DNA of 64,000 nt. Origin: the human T2T-CHM13v2.0 reference genome, Homo sapiens. The stretch lies in the NCBI RefSeq assembly GCF_009914755.1, contig NC_060934.1. One strand, given 5' to 3'. A program made the position numbers and the translations under genes. The notes beneath the pieces are model-generated. The model ran no database searches and had not been told where the DNA came from. It was given only the letters and a program-made list of their open reading frames with translations. Of the stretch, positions 13,957 through 29,168 are shown one piece after another (positions within the stretch are counted from its first letter, which is position 1; each line of letters starts with the position of its first letter).

Positions 13957-14600
13957 GACATCTCTTTTTGGTAATGATGCCAAGCAGGCACATGAAGGTC
14001 CAAGACAGAAAAAAGGGCAAAAGAAGACAGCAAAAAAAGGAACCTTAATCTTGATCCTAGGACTTTATAGGCTCCCCTTTTTCCCATGATTCTTCCCTTA
14101 GGGTGGACTTTCCGCATGCCCAGTGCCCTCCTTACCCTTTGGAATTGAGCACACACAGTGTGTTTAGGGAGTGATACGCGTGCCCATCTGATGTTTTCTT
14201 TCCTTTTTTGGTGGAGTGCGCCCCTGGAAGATCATACTTTACCATTTTTGTCTCTTATCACACATGCATGCCCAGGAAGTTGCTTCTTCCTGGGGGTGCC
14301 AAATTATCATTTTTAGAGAGATAATGCGATAATTGTCAAACTGTCACCTGACATTTCTGGTGGGTGGCGGGGAGAGCCCTCTCCTTCCCTGCCCATGCCT
14401 ATCTACCTGTAACAATGACAAATGTGTTGTTTTTTTAAGCCAGGTTTTTCTCAATCTACCTTAAAGGTTTTAAAATTGGTTTATACCTAGTCAAGTTGAG
14501 ATTTTTAAGAACTTCATTTTTAATTTGTAATAAGAGCTTATCACTTTTTTCCAAAGAAATCAACAAACTGAGGCCACTTGTTAAAAAAGGTCTTTAAAAA
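13957..14600 (+). pseudogene. YBX1 processed pseudogene, non-inverted distal 3'UTR, interrupted by an LTR at 13978-14414
   Basis: gacatctctttttggtaat...gtcaagttgagatttttaagaacttcatttttaatttgtaataa...caacaaactg matches my recall of the YBX1 3' end. Confidence 0.85.
13978..14414 (-). mobile_element. ERV1 (MER4-group; MER50/MER83/MER84-like) solo LTR
   Basis: TG...CA termini; 4-bp TSD ATGA (13974-13977, 14415-14418); minus strand begins tgttacaggtagataggcatgggcaggg. Exact subfamily uncertain. Confidence 0.8.
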
Positions 14601-14851
14601 TATGTATGTATTTCAGGGGGTTCTTTGTTTCAAAGTTAGAATTAAATATATTTGCAGATGGCTTTCATTTTTAAAATTTTCTGCAGTTTAGTAAAGTTGT
14701 TGCTTCCACCTCAGGATATACTTTATACAATGTTGTCTTTTCCAGGACTGCCAAAAATTATCTTTTTAAGCATTAACTTTGCTTAATGTTTTCCCCCTAT
14801 AAAATGCTAATGTTATTATATAGTTTAGAAGTAGATTAAAAGGCTCATAGA

Positions 14852-15134
14852 GGCCAGTTGTGGTTGTTCACACCTGTAATCCCAGCACTTTGGAAGGCTG
14901 AGACTGGAGGACCCCTCAAGACTAGCCTGGGCAACGTAGGGAGACTGTGTCTCTACAGAATTTTAAGAAAATTAGCTGGGCATGGTGGTGCACGCCTGTG
15001 GTCATAGCTACTGGAGAGGCTGAGGTGAGAGGATCACTTGAGCCTGAGGTCGAACCTGTAGTGAGCTGTGATCACACCACTGCACTCCAGCCTGGGAAAC
15101 AGAGTGAGACTCTGTCTCTAAAAGAGAAAAAAAA
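14852..15134 (+). mobile_element. AluJ-like
   Basis: Dimer; TSD core gctcatag. Confidence 0.88.
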
Positions 15135-15736
15135 GCTCATAGGTCTGTTAGAAATTTTAGGTTATTTTTCATTCAGTAATTTCAGTATTATCCTCATATA
15201 TGACATCTAACATGAATAAATCATAAAAAATCATCCTTTGTAGATTTTCAAATGCTGATGAAGAAGACAAGTAAAATATGTTTTTGTTTGTATTTGATTG
15301 ATATTCAATTCCTTATAGATCTTATCCATCAGTACTGATTTCCCATCAGTTTTCAATATATGTAACTTTTATATATTTATTGCAAATTCAAACACTGATT
15401 TTAAGATGTTCTTTAGTAAAATTATTATATGTGTTCTTTCAATATTTGAATGCCTGTTGTATGTCAGGCACTCTGTAATGTATAAAAGTTTATCCTGTGC
15501 TGTGTTGTTTATACTTACCCATAGGAGCCTGGAATTGCCAGATAATTTTTGTGCTGTTTATGATTCTGTTCTGCTATTTTTTTTAAAACAGTTATATTAA
15601 AGCAATAGGTAACAGGGTAAAACCACTTCAAAAAATAGGGAAATCTTATTTTTATTTTTATTTCATAATACTTAGTTGTTGATTAGGTCGAGTATGAGAT
15701 TCACATCATATTTTGATGTGGTACTAAATGAAAATA

Positions 15737-16080
15737 CAGTCATCCCAGTTTTTGTGGGGATTTGCTTCCGGGAACCGGTGTGGATACCTAAATCCATGGA
15801 TGTTGAAATCTCTTATATAAAATGGTGTAGTATTTACATATAACCTATGCACATCCTCCCATGTACTTTGTCATCTCTAGATTACGTATAATACCTAATA
15901 ACAATGTAAATGCCATGTAAATAGTGGTTTACTGTATTGGATAGGGAATAATGGCAAGAACAAAAGTCCATGCATGTTTAGTATAGACGCAACCACCCAT
16001 TTTTTTTTTCCTTGAATATTTTCCATCTGTGGCTGGTTGAATCCAGGGATATGGAACCCCCAGATACAGAGGGCCGACTG
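15737..16080. mobile_element. MER2 (Tigger-type) DNA transposon
   Basis: TA|cagtcatccc...gagggccgactg|TA termini; internal tataacctatgcacatcctcc typical of MER2. Confidence 0.8.
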
Positions 16081-16624
16081 TACTTGGATTTCTAGAGGTT
16101 ACTTTTTGGTAAAGGGTGCCCTCTAGTGAGCCTGTTCTTTTTATTAAGATTTGTAATTTATATCCTCACAGCACTTGTGAATTGAATGTAGAAATAGAAG
16201 ACACCTTCAGTTCTCAAGGAACTTAGAAGATAAAATATACACCAAGTAGTGGGAGAGTAAATTTGATGTACATATTAATAAAAGATAGTGTAATATAAAC
16301 CTTGTGTTAAAAAAAATGGGAAAATTTCTGGTAATGGGAAGGTTATCCAGTATAGCTATTTATGAAATTAACATTAAGGAACTGTCTTGAGCTGAAATTT
16401 GAAGGAAGTTTAAAATTAGTATTGAAGCATATGGAGGGGGAAGGGCATCCAGGGGTAGAAAATAAGTTTAGGACAGCACCAAAAAGGACTAGTGCCAAAA
16501 GGGAAAAAAATGGAGAAAAAAGGAATTATCCTGGGAAATATTTTAAGTTTAATACTATTTTAAATATTTTATGCAAATTTCCAAGTAACTTGTATTCTAC
16601 ATGAAAACTTTTTGTTTTTCTTTA

Positions 16625-17060
16625 GGAATTCAGGAAAGACTTGGCTGGGCAGTTGTAGGTTGGGGTCTCGTATGTGGTTGTAGTCAAATGGATATTGGTT
16701 GCTGTCAGCTACCTGCTGGGGCTGAAGTAATCTGAAGTCTCAACTGGACTAGACAGCCAAGATGGCTCGCCCACATTGCTGGCAGTTGCTGTGGCTGTCA
16801 TTTGGGAGTGGCTACATGTGGCCTTTCCAGCTTGTCATTTTTAGGATAGTCAGATTTCTTACATAGTGGATGGCTTTCTCCAGACTAAGTGTCTAAAGGA
16901 GGCAGGTAGATATTGCATGGCCTTTTCTAGTCTTTGAAGTCACATAGTGTCACTTCTGTCATATTCCATTGGTGAAAGTAGTCACAAGCCTGCCCAGATT
17001 AAAGGAAGGGAGTGTAGACCCTTCCTCTTATTGTAAGATGTGCAAAGAATTTTGGACCTA
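16625..17060 (-). mobile_element. MLT1-family MaLR LTR (old)
   Basis: gaagtcacatagtgtcacttctgtcatattccattgg...agtcacaagcctgcccagatt motifs. Confidence 0.65.
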
Positions 17061-17328
17061 TGTCATAATACTACTTCATTTACTTTCTTGCCTCTCTGAA
17101 GAATAGGTTCAGTGTAGATAAATTTTAATGATTTAAGGAATAATTGTGCTCTGTATTAAAGTTGCCTGTGTATATGCCTGTTTTCTGCACTTCATTTTCA
17201 GTTTCTATTGCTTGTGCACTTACACAATGCTTAATATTGGTAGAAGGAATCTTCCTTTTTCTTGACCTACGTATTATTTCCTTGGAGCTGTTGTGTTTCT
17301 GATTTGCTTCTGGATTGCAGAGTATCAG

Positions 17329-17702
17329 CGATATGGTTTGGCTGTGTCCCCACTCAAATCTCTTCTTAAATTATAGTTCCCATAATCCCCAATAGTCATG
17401 AGATGGACCAGGTGGAGATATTGAATCATGGGGGTGGTTTCTCCCATCCTGTTCTCCTGATAGTAAGTTCTCACGAGATCTGATGGTTTTATAAGGGGCA
17501 TTCCTCTTTGCTTGGCTCTCATTCTTCTTCTCCCTGCTGCCATGTGAAGAAGAACCTGTTGGCCTCTTCTTCCACCATGATTGTAAGTTCTCTGAGGCCT
17601 CCCAAGACATGTGGAACTGTGAGTCCATTAAACCTCTTTTTCTTTATCAATTACCCAGTCTCGAGTACGTCTTTATTAGCAGCATGAGGACAGACTAACA
17701 CA
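17329..17702 (+). mobile_element. THE1 MaLR solo LTR
   Basis: gatatggtttggctgtgtcccca...gactaacaca; 5-bp TSD ATCAG (17324-17328, 17703-17707). Confidence 0.92.
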
Positions 17703-17837
17703 ATCAGAGAATGTTATGGGAAGGTTGTTATTCATGTCTGCTGTATTTGATAAAATGGTTGGGAAAATGTTAAGAGTACTGGATATGATACTTTTACATT
17801 GGTTTTTTTCTTGGTATTTCATATTGCTAACTAACTA

Positions 17838-18247
<410 letters not shown>

Positions 18248-19496
18248 TTAAAAGAAAATAATTCCAAATCATGTGGCTTTATGAAAAAAGACCCCATCTC
18301 TCAAAGATAATTTATCTACTATCTTTAAATAATATTTTAGCCCATTGTTTCTCACATGGTTGTTACTGAAATTTTGGGTTTCTTAAGTATATCTGGAGGC
18401 TACTGAAGAGAGTTGCGGTGTTTCAAGTCTCACTTCAGACTCTAACTTCAGGGTTTCAAGTGGGTTATAAATTGATATTGCAGAGGCTGCTCCACTGAAA
18501 GATTAGATCAGATTCTCAATTTATATAACAAAGAATACAAAGATTTACTAGAAACAACATGGTCACTCAGGTAGGAACAAATAGAGTGTCTCAGTGTAGC
18601 TTCTCCTACTTTCCAGGATCCATACGAGAGGCACAGAAAACTGCTGATAACTTTATCTGGGCAATGTAGGGCAACGTTCTGCATCTCAGAAAGCTTACTA
18701 TTTGCTATATAACTGCCCTTTCATAATTGGGGCCTATGTATGTCCTATTCTGAAAGAACTGTAACAATTCATGTGCTTCTGTTTAAATAAATGTTTTCAA
18801 ATCTTGGCTTTAAATCAATTGTGAACTAATTTGTTGCAGGAGAATTTGGTGAATTTACCACATTTACTGATATATCCAAATTCTATATTTTGAAATCATT
18901 TTGAGATTGACAGCAAGTGATGTGTATTGGATAGGATGATTTTAATAGCTTTTGGTAATTTCTATTGTTTCTTTGTGTTTGCTTTAAAAACTGTCTTTAT
19001 AGCAGCATTTTAAAGAATGTTTAGTTTGTCAAAAGCTGGTAATTATAACATGGTTAATTGTCTTATATATTTAATATTCAGAAAAATATAGTTTATAGTT
19101 AGTAACCAAAATTTCAGTACTAGTCAATAAGATTAGCACCTAGAATCTGAAAAGAATTCAGTATAAATATGAAATTGCTAAAGAAGTATCATATGTACTC
19201 TTACTAATATGAAATACCAAAGTTTAATTACTAATAATGAGAAATATAAAATTAAGATTTATATGCTAGAAATTAAGCTTGATATGCCATTTGAAGAACT
19301 GGTGAAATAATAGTAAAAATGCCTATACTGGAAGAATAAAGAATGCGCAGAAGAGTGTGAAAGCAATTTTTTATTGATAGAAATGCAAACTTAAGGCTAA
19401 TGTATCATTTGAAAAACTGGCAGAAAATAGGTTAGTGTTTGAAAAGGTATAAAATGACATTAAAAAGCATTAAAGGAAGTCAGAAGTAACTGATAG

Positions 19497-19879
<383 letters not shown>

Positions 19880-21035
19880 TAGAAAGCTTTGACACCAAAA
19901 GGTGTCAGTTGACACAAGCAGTGTCAATGCCCAGGGATTCCTGAACAATATTTCTGCTTCTAGTTTTCCAGTATTTGGAAGTCCATTTTCTTGCTAGTTT
20001 TTGTTTTTTCTTAAAAGCAGTTGATTGACATTTAGTAAAATACATGGGAAAGTCAGCCAGTGACTAGCATTTTAATGGCAATTGCTCTAGGTACTTTCTC
20101 AAATTATACACTATGCAGATGTAGCCCCTGACCATGCTCTTTTATGGTTATGCAACCAGTATATGTATTCTGTTAGTGAACAAAGCATTCTGGGACAGAG
20201 AAAAGCCATTTTTATTTTGTCTAGAAAAGAAACAATACTATTCTAGCAAATATAAGTAATTTCGGGACATTAGAATTAGATACTTTGAGATTATATCAGA
20301 TTTTCCTCAAAGTGTAGACATTATTTTAGTAAAAAAGAGTAAATACATTTTATTTTCTTCACAGTTGTAATGGATTTATTCTTTACAATGAAGACTGCAG
20401 TGAATTAAAAAGATACCCAAAATAGTGTAAGGATATTACATGCTTTTTAACAAAAAATATATAAAAAGTGATGAGTTTTTTTCACAATAATACATCGTGA
20501 ATGTTGGTTTTTCATCAGAAAGGGAACTTTTCCTTAAAAAAAATACTGTGGAATTTGATTACTAAGTCATTTATTTACAGAATATAGCATCTTTCCAAAA
20601 AATTCAAGTGGCCGTAGTTTCTCAGTTAAGACATTTGATTTGATGATAAAAGCATTAATTTCTAGTGAACCAATTTTAACATTTTAATGTCTTATCTTTC
20701 TTTTTGTATTTATTTTACTACCACTAGGTGGAGCCCTAAACACACAATTCAAGAAAGTATCTCTGCAAGATACTTTGTTTAAATTCCCTAAAGCCAATTT
20801 ATAATCAGTTACAGCGAGTTAACTCATATTTAAACTTTGAAAACTTTGGTTTTCAAGGGTTGATATAATGAAGATAGAAAATGTGTTTGATACTTAAAAT
20901 TTTTTTAGCTATATTTTTGAGACACAAAGTATTTTTATACATTCCGAGTTGCTAAAATTAAAATATGTAAGTAAAATCTTTAGTGTGGCATAAGCCATAT
21001 TTGTTCTCTGTTCACATGAAGGTTAAAGTCAGCTC

Positions 21036-21329
<294 letters not shown>

Positions 21330-22224
21330 ATCTCTTCTTTTAAAAATGATTTTGCATCTGTACTTCTGTCTGAGTTGCATTAAATTTTGCCAGAATTAGA
21401 CATTTTATTGTGTTAAGCTTTTGGAAGGGATGACTGAGCTAACCCCCCCCTCTTTTTTACTTTTAAACAAATTTTATTTTATTTATTTATTTATTTTACC
21501 TTTGTCCTGAACTCTCTTACATTGATGTGTCATTATCTATATATAGAGCACTAAGGTATACTCTTATTGGATGTGGGAGAATGGAAAGTTTACTAATTTT
21601 CTAATGTTCGCTCTTGCTGGTTCTAGCATATAAATATGTGTGTGTTTGTTTACAGGAACTTGATTAGACTTAACAATAGAAATTATAAAATTTTGGGAGA
21701 CTGAAAGAACGAAAAATTATTTTTGTTAAAATTGTTTATTGATTCAAAATTTAGAATGGCAATAAATCTAGCACATTCATATATGAATTAGGTAGATATA
21801 ACTATAAACCAACTAGGCTCAAAGAGTGAGTACTGCTTAACAGCATTTCCTTTCTGTTCCTACAAATCAGAATTTCAAAGAATAATGATTATCATTTAAA
21901 GAAAAAAAGAAAAATAGCTTTTTCAGAGTCTCTTCAACTGAGGTCAAGTACAGGGCCCTCGATTTTCTCTACTTCTTTTTGCTCCTCCTTATTTTGTTGC
22001 ATTTGTAATTTAAAACTGCGTAACTATTAGCTATGCCTCAGTTATCATCCCCCTTTTCTGTCCATTGGTTGATTTCACCTGATGGGTGCAACAGTGCACA
22101 TCAGGGATTCCCTATTGAGTCATTCTCAATTGTTGATCTTCAAAGGTGATCTGGTTGGTTGCTATGCTGGTAACTTCCCTCTGCATTCTATGCTGCTTAT
22201 CACCATTTCTGACTGGAGAGTCTA

Positions 22225-22620
22225 TGTAATATAGTAGTTCAGAGCACTGACTTTGGAGTCAGGTAGACCTGGGGTTAAATCTTGACTCTGTTACTATATG
22301 ACTTCAGACTCAATGTCTTAATCTTCCCAAACTACATTTGTAAATTGTGATGCTAACAGAATCCATGTTGTAAAGCTGTAATGATTAACATAGTTAAGCC
22401 AGAAGTATGTCTGGAATAGCAAATGGTTATCTGGGGTCAGAAGAGAGTTGGGACAGCCTGAGACTTAGTAATTGGTAGATCAAGACCTACTCTTCTCATT
22501 CACAGTACTAATTCTTTAATTTTTTTATTGGAACTTATGGTTCTGTTTTTATACTTAATGAGATAATGCATGTAAAGCACTTAATACATAATAAGTACTT
22601 GGTTGGTTGTTATTATTTTT
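22225..22620 (+). mobile_element. MIR split by a ~165-bp insertion
   Basis: agagcactgactttggagtcagg...gattaa | atgagataatgcatgtaaagcactt are contiguous in the MIR consensus. Confidence 0.75.
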
Positions 22621-23044
22621 ATCATTACCATCATTAAGCCAGAAGCAGCAGACATGACTCCTCTCTGGCCGGTTAAGTCACTGTGGGGAATTGTTGACCT
22701 GAAGAGCACATCTTCTCTTCATTTTCTTCTCCTTCCACTATCTTTCCAAATTGTCAGGCTGTCTGATTCAAGGTTAACCCTACATGGTTATCAAGAGAGA
22801 AGGTCCATAAGTTCTGCTATACATACTGTGTCAAGAGATTCTTGGGATAAGAGTAGCTTTTGTTTTTTTCCTCATTCCAGTGTTCTGATACATGTCCACC
22901 TTTTCTCCTTTCTTGCCTCTCTCCATTCAGTCAGCTATTTATTATTGGCCTTATTAGCAAATTTCTAGACTAGTTATTTTTAATATTACTTTTTATCAAC
23001 GTAAGTAGAGGATTAAATCAACTACTTGTAGTGATTAATTTAAT

Positions 23045-23356
23045 TTTTTTTTTTTTTTTTTTTTTGGAGACGGAGTTTCGTTCTTATCGCCCAGGCTGGA
23101 GTGCAGTGGTGTGATCTAGGCTCACTGCAACCTCTGCCTCCCGGGTTCAAGCAGTTCTCTCCTGCCTCAGCCTCCCAAGTAGCTGGGATTACAGGCGCCC
23201 GCCACCACACCCAGCTAATTTTGGTATTTTTGGTAGAGACAGGGTTTCTACCTGGCCTGTTGGCCAGGCTGGTCTCAAACTCCTGACTTCAGGTGATCTG
23301 CCCGCCTCAGCCTCCCAAAGTGCTGGGATTACAGGAGTGAGCCACCGTGCCCAGCC
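23045..23356 (-). mobile_element. AluS-like
   Basis: Full dimer; gattaatt flanks. Confidence 0.92.
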
Positions 23357-24959
23357 GATTAATTCCATTTTGAGCGCTTGCTTGCTGGCTTTTAGATTTG
23401 TGCTGCATTTATTAAAATGACATAGATCTAGGAACTTTCTAGGCTTTTTCTAGGGCCAGCATTCTATCATTTGATGAATTTTTGATTCTGGCACTTGCCT
23501 GATTCTTCAGTACATTCTTTAAATGCAATTTATTCCTGTGGTTTGGAACTTTTATTCACCTTGATGACTTTATTTCTGTGTACTCTGCTCATTGATATGG
23601 GTTGTGGGTGACACGTGGGGGTATCAGCTGTGAGTACAGCTTATGTGCATGTCTGGAATAGCAAATGGTTATCTAGGGTCAGGAGAGAGTTGGGACAGCC
23701 TGAGACTTTGTAATAGATCAAGACCTACTCTTCTCATTCACAGTACTAATTCCTTAATATTATTTTTATTTCTTTCATTGGAACTTACGGTTCTATTTTT
23801 TAATAGCAGAAGGCATGGAATGTAAATAGTTTACCCCTCTCAGGCTTTGGTTTTCTATTAATGGAGGGTGGGTATTGCATATATTCTAAAAAAAAATATT
23901 GTTTTTCTCCATTATAGCACAACAGAAAAAGAGGAGTTCACCTGTGATGCTATAGTAGATGCACTGGCAGTATCCTGAATTACTATAAAGCAGGAGGAGT
24001 TTTGTTTTTAAAACTTTGAAGAATATATTGGAAAAACATACCAAAGGATTTACTTTGAGAACTTTCTAAACTGAAATAGACTTCTGGGAAAGAACTATTG
24101 TTCTCTTCTTCCTGTTTATTTATGTTATTACTCTTCTTCAAAAGGGATAACAGTATCTCCTTTATATCCACAAAAGCAGTCAAATCCTCCCTTGAAGGGA
24201 CTCTGTATTCGGGTAGTCCTGAAATATCTCTTGCTAGATTTTTGCTCCAATGTGATAATTGTAATATAAAAAATTCTTTTGGTGTATTTTGTTTATTATT
24301 TGGTATTTTAAGAGCCAGATAAATGTCCAACTTTTAATAAAATGTGTTAAACATAGAAATGTGTATGTATATTACTTAAATACAATACTTTCTCATAATC
24401 ATGACATAAAAATTTGTTTATAGCACACCAAGGTCAGTTAAGATAAACTTCTTGCACAAGAATTTTCCTTAGAAATAATGTTATTTAGTTAATAGTTCTT
24501 GTTATATATGTTAATTGTGGGAAAAGTACGAAGTAGGAATTTTAGTACTGCCTCAGTTACTTACCAGCTAGGCTATGTTGAGCAAGTCATTTATCATTTC
24601 TATACTGTTTACTCATTTGTGAAAAAGAGGCAGTGATAGTTTCTCTGATGTGTATAAGAAATAAATGAAACACTAAATGTAAAAAATGCAAAAGGACATA
24701 TAAAAATGTTAGGTGTTAGTGGTAGTCAGATCCTTTGGTGTGATAATTGAGTTTTGGTCATATTTATTTGATATTTGTATCTAGTACTCAGTTGTTCAGC
24801 CACTGGTTCACTTGTTTAACGAGGATTTGGTTGTCTCATGTGTATACTATACTAGTCATTAGTGTATGTTAAGCACTTACCATGTGTCAGTTATTGTTTA
24901 AGAATTTTTCATGTTTACTAATTTAATCCTCCTAACACTCTAATGTAGATACTATTTTT

Positions 24960-25930
<971 letters not shown>

Positions 25931-26039
25931 TGTGCTATTATTATCCTGATTTTATGGTTGTGAAAACTGATACTTAGAGAATTCAGGTGGCTTACCTGAG
26001 GTTGAACTGCTAGTAAGTGCCTTTTCTAATTCCATCCAT

Positions 26040-27030
26040 TCATCTATTAATTCATGCATTAATGAATTATTTATTGAGCTTCTGTTATATGATAGACACT
26101 ATTCTAGGGCTGGGGATGCAATAGGGAACAAAACAGTCAAAAACTATGTCCTCATGCAACTTACATTCCAGTAGGGGAAGACAGATAATACTTAAAAGTG
26201 TGAAACAGAGAGTATATTCTACAGTGGAAGGAATGATATAGTGATAAACTCCTTTGTTTTAGAAGATTAAAAAATAAAGCAGGGAAGGGGATAGTGTGTG
26301 TGTGTGTGTGTATCTGTCTGTCTGCCTATCTATCTCTGTGTCTGGTCTATCTAGATAGCATAGATGGGAATATGCCTGTGTATTAAGAAAGCCATGAGGA
26401 GGCCAGTGTTGCTGGCATGGAATAAGTAAAATGGAGAGTAAGTAACAGGAAGTGAGGTCAGTGAGGTAACAAGAGGCAAAATTATGTAGGGTCTTATGGG
26501 CTGTTGTAAGATAAACTGGGTTTTGAGCAGAAGAGAGACATGGGCTTTGCCTTAGGTTTTAATGGGACAATTCCCATTAGCTATCATCTGGCTGCTGTAT
26601 TGAGAACAGACTGAAAGGGAACAAGGATGGAATCAGGGAGACCAGTTAGGAAGCAGTTGACAAATCTACGCAAGACATGTTGTTGGCTTAGTCCAGGGTG
26701 ATACCAATGGGGAGGTAGTTTGCTGGAGAAGGAGAATAGTCAAGGGTGAGTCCAAGGTTTTTTGCCTGAGCAACTAGAAAAGTGGGGTTTACTGAGATGA
26801 GGAAGACTATGGGAAGGGCAGGTTTTGTGAAAGGAGATCAGGAATTCATTTTCGGACATATTTGAGGTGCTTATCAGACATCTAATTGGAGAGATATATG
26901 AGTTTGAGGAGAGGTCAGGGCAGAGATAAAAATTTAGCAGGTGTCAGTGTGCTTATGGAATTTAAAGCTACAAGTCAAGATGACATGGAGATAGAAAAGA
27001 GAATATGTCCAAGATCAGAGCCTAGTTCTA
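26040..27030 (-). mobile_element. L2 fossil
   Basis: tttattgagc...ctagggctggggat and gggttttgagcagaagagagacat motifs typical of L2. Confidence 0.7.
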
Positions 27031-27091
27031 ACTCAGCTCTTACAGAACCTACATTTTTTAAAAAATTAAAAAAATTAAAATTTATATTTGA

Positions 27092-27428
<337 letters not shown>

Positions 27429-27744
27429 GCCAAGAGTCTAAATTCTTAATAATTGGTATCCTATATTGTTACCTCTTGTATTAGAGAGTGTATTCATTAA
27501 AAACCTAAGACAGAGGCTACCCTCAAGAAGTTTATGGTCTATTTGGGGAAACAAAATATATTTTAAATACAAAACATGTAAATTACAATACAAAGTAATA
27601 TATGATTACGTGTCAGAATAACTGTAAGGGGTTGTAAGTTTACCTGTCCTGCAGATGAAAAGATTACTTGGCATGGGAATGATTGGCAAAGGCCTGCTGG
27701 AAGAAATGGGACTTGAAATGAACCTCAAACAATGGGCAACGGAT

Positions 27745-28330
27745 GTGGGGTGAGGTTTGGAAAGTTCCCAAGACCACTCTCAGGTTCAAAAATTTGCTAG
27801 AGGGACTTGCAAAATTCAGCAAAGTTGTTACGCTCATAGTTACTGTTTGTTACAGCAAAAACAACAACAACAAAAACTTTCAAAAAACTACACAGATTAA
27901 AATCAACAGCAGAAAAGGCACATAGGACAGGGACTAGGAGAGTTCCACGAGTGAGCTTTCAGTTGTCCTTTCTCAGTGGAATTGTGGACAGCACTTACTG
28001 CTCCCAGCAGTGATGTGTGGTAACACGCATGGAGTATTGTCAATCAGGGAAGCTCATCCAAGCTTTGATATCCAGGAATTTTATTGGAGTTTGGTCATAT
28101 AGCCATGACTGACTACCCATGTAGACTTGGCTGACTGCCCACATTGCTGACCTCCTGCCCCTCCACAGCTAAAACTGTGTGGCCTCAGGCCTCACCGTGA
28201 GTCACACTGTTAGCATCTGCTATTTGGCAGTCAAAGCCTTCCAGGTAAACAAAGAAGACACTTACCAGGCAGGGTATGCCAAAGGCTTTCCTCCCAGGAA
28301 TCAGTGGCAAGGGTAGTCCTTTACTGCATG
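27745..28330. mobile_element. MER21-like LTR
   Basis: gttcccaagaccactctcaggttc...ttgctagagggact...cagggaagctca motifs. Confidence 0.65.
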
Positions 28331-28996
28331 GTGAATAGAGGGGTACGCTCTCTGTGGAGACAGCATGAGCTGAGAGACAGTAGGAATGAATATGCCATGT
28401 TTAGGAAACATTGTGGTGACTGCAATATGGGCTTGTACCTGAGAATATGAACCCTGGAGCCGGACTATCAGGAGTCATATCCCAGCTATCACTTGTGCTG
28501 GTTGTGGAATTTATGGCAGTTCAGTAATCTGTAACTCTTCTGTAAAACAAGGGTAATAACAATACCTACTTTGTAGCCTTGTTGTGGGGATTAAAGAGTT
28601 AATATATAAAGCATTTAGAACATGAGCGTTTACTTTACATAGTAAATGCTGTAAAAATCATGAGTTTGTTCATTCATTCTTTAACCATTCATTCACTCAG
28701 TAATTCTTTGTTTTTGAATGTTAGTATGTTAAAGACTTGTATTAGGCCCACATCTCCTGAGCCTCATACCTTTATTTCCAGATACCTCATGCTATATCTA
28801 GAGCTTGTGTGGTTCTTTTAATATTATCATGTTCAAGAAGAAATAAAATACTTTCACGCAAATTATTTCTGCTAAAGGTAATATTATCACCAGTTTATTT
28901 GTTCAGAGATTTAATTTTAAGATATCACCTCTTGCAAAGATCAGGCTTACTAAATAATACATTTTGGTTAATTTTAGCTTTCTTATATACATTCAG

Positions 28997-29168
28997 GTCT
29001 GTGTATGATGACCAACCAAATGCGCACAAGAAGTTTATGGAAAAGTTAGATGCTTGTATCCGTAATCATGACAAGGAAATTGAAAAGATGTGTAATTTTC
29101 ATCATCAGGGTTTTGTAGATGCTATTACAGAACTCCTTAAAGTAAGGACTGATGCAGAAAAACTGAAG
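28997..29168 (+). CDS. EXOC6: EXOC6 coding exon (presumed exon 2), 172 nt, phase 2 to 0
   Basis: attcag|G TCT GTG TAT...CTG AAG|gtaaga; encodes SVYDDQPNAHKKFMEKLDACIRNHDKEIEKMCNFHHQGFVDAITELLKVRTDAEKLK. Confidence 0.96.

Noticed and set aside
13490-14610. TSD and poly(A) tail for the YBX1 retrocopy
   Set aside because: The candidates (aaaaggatatgt versus aaaaatatgt) are too degenerate to call.
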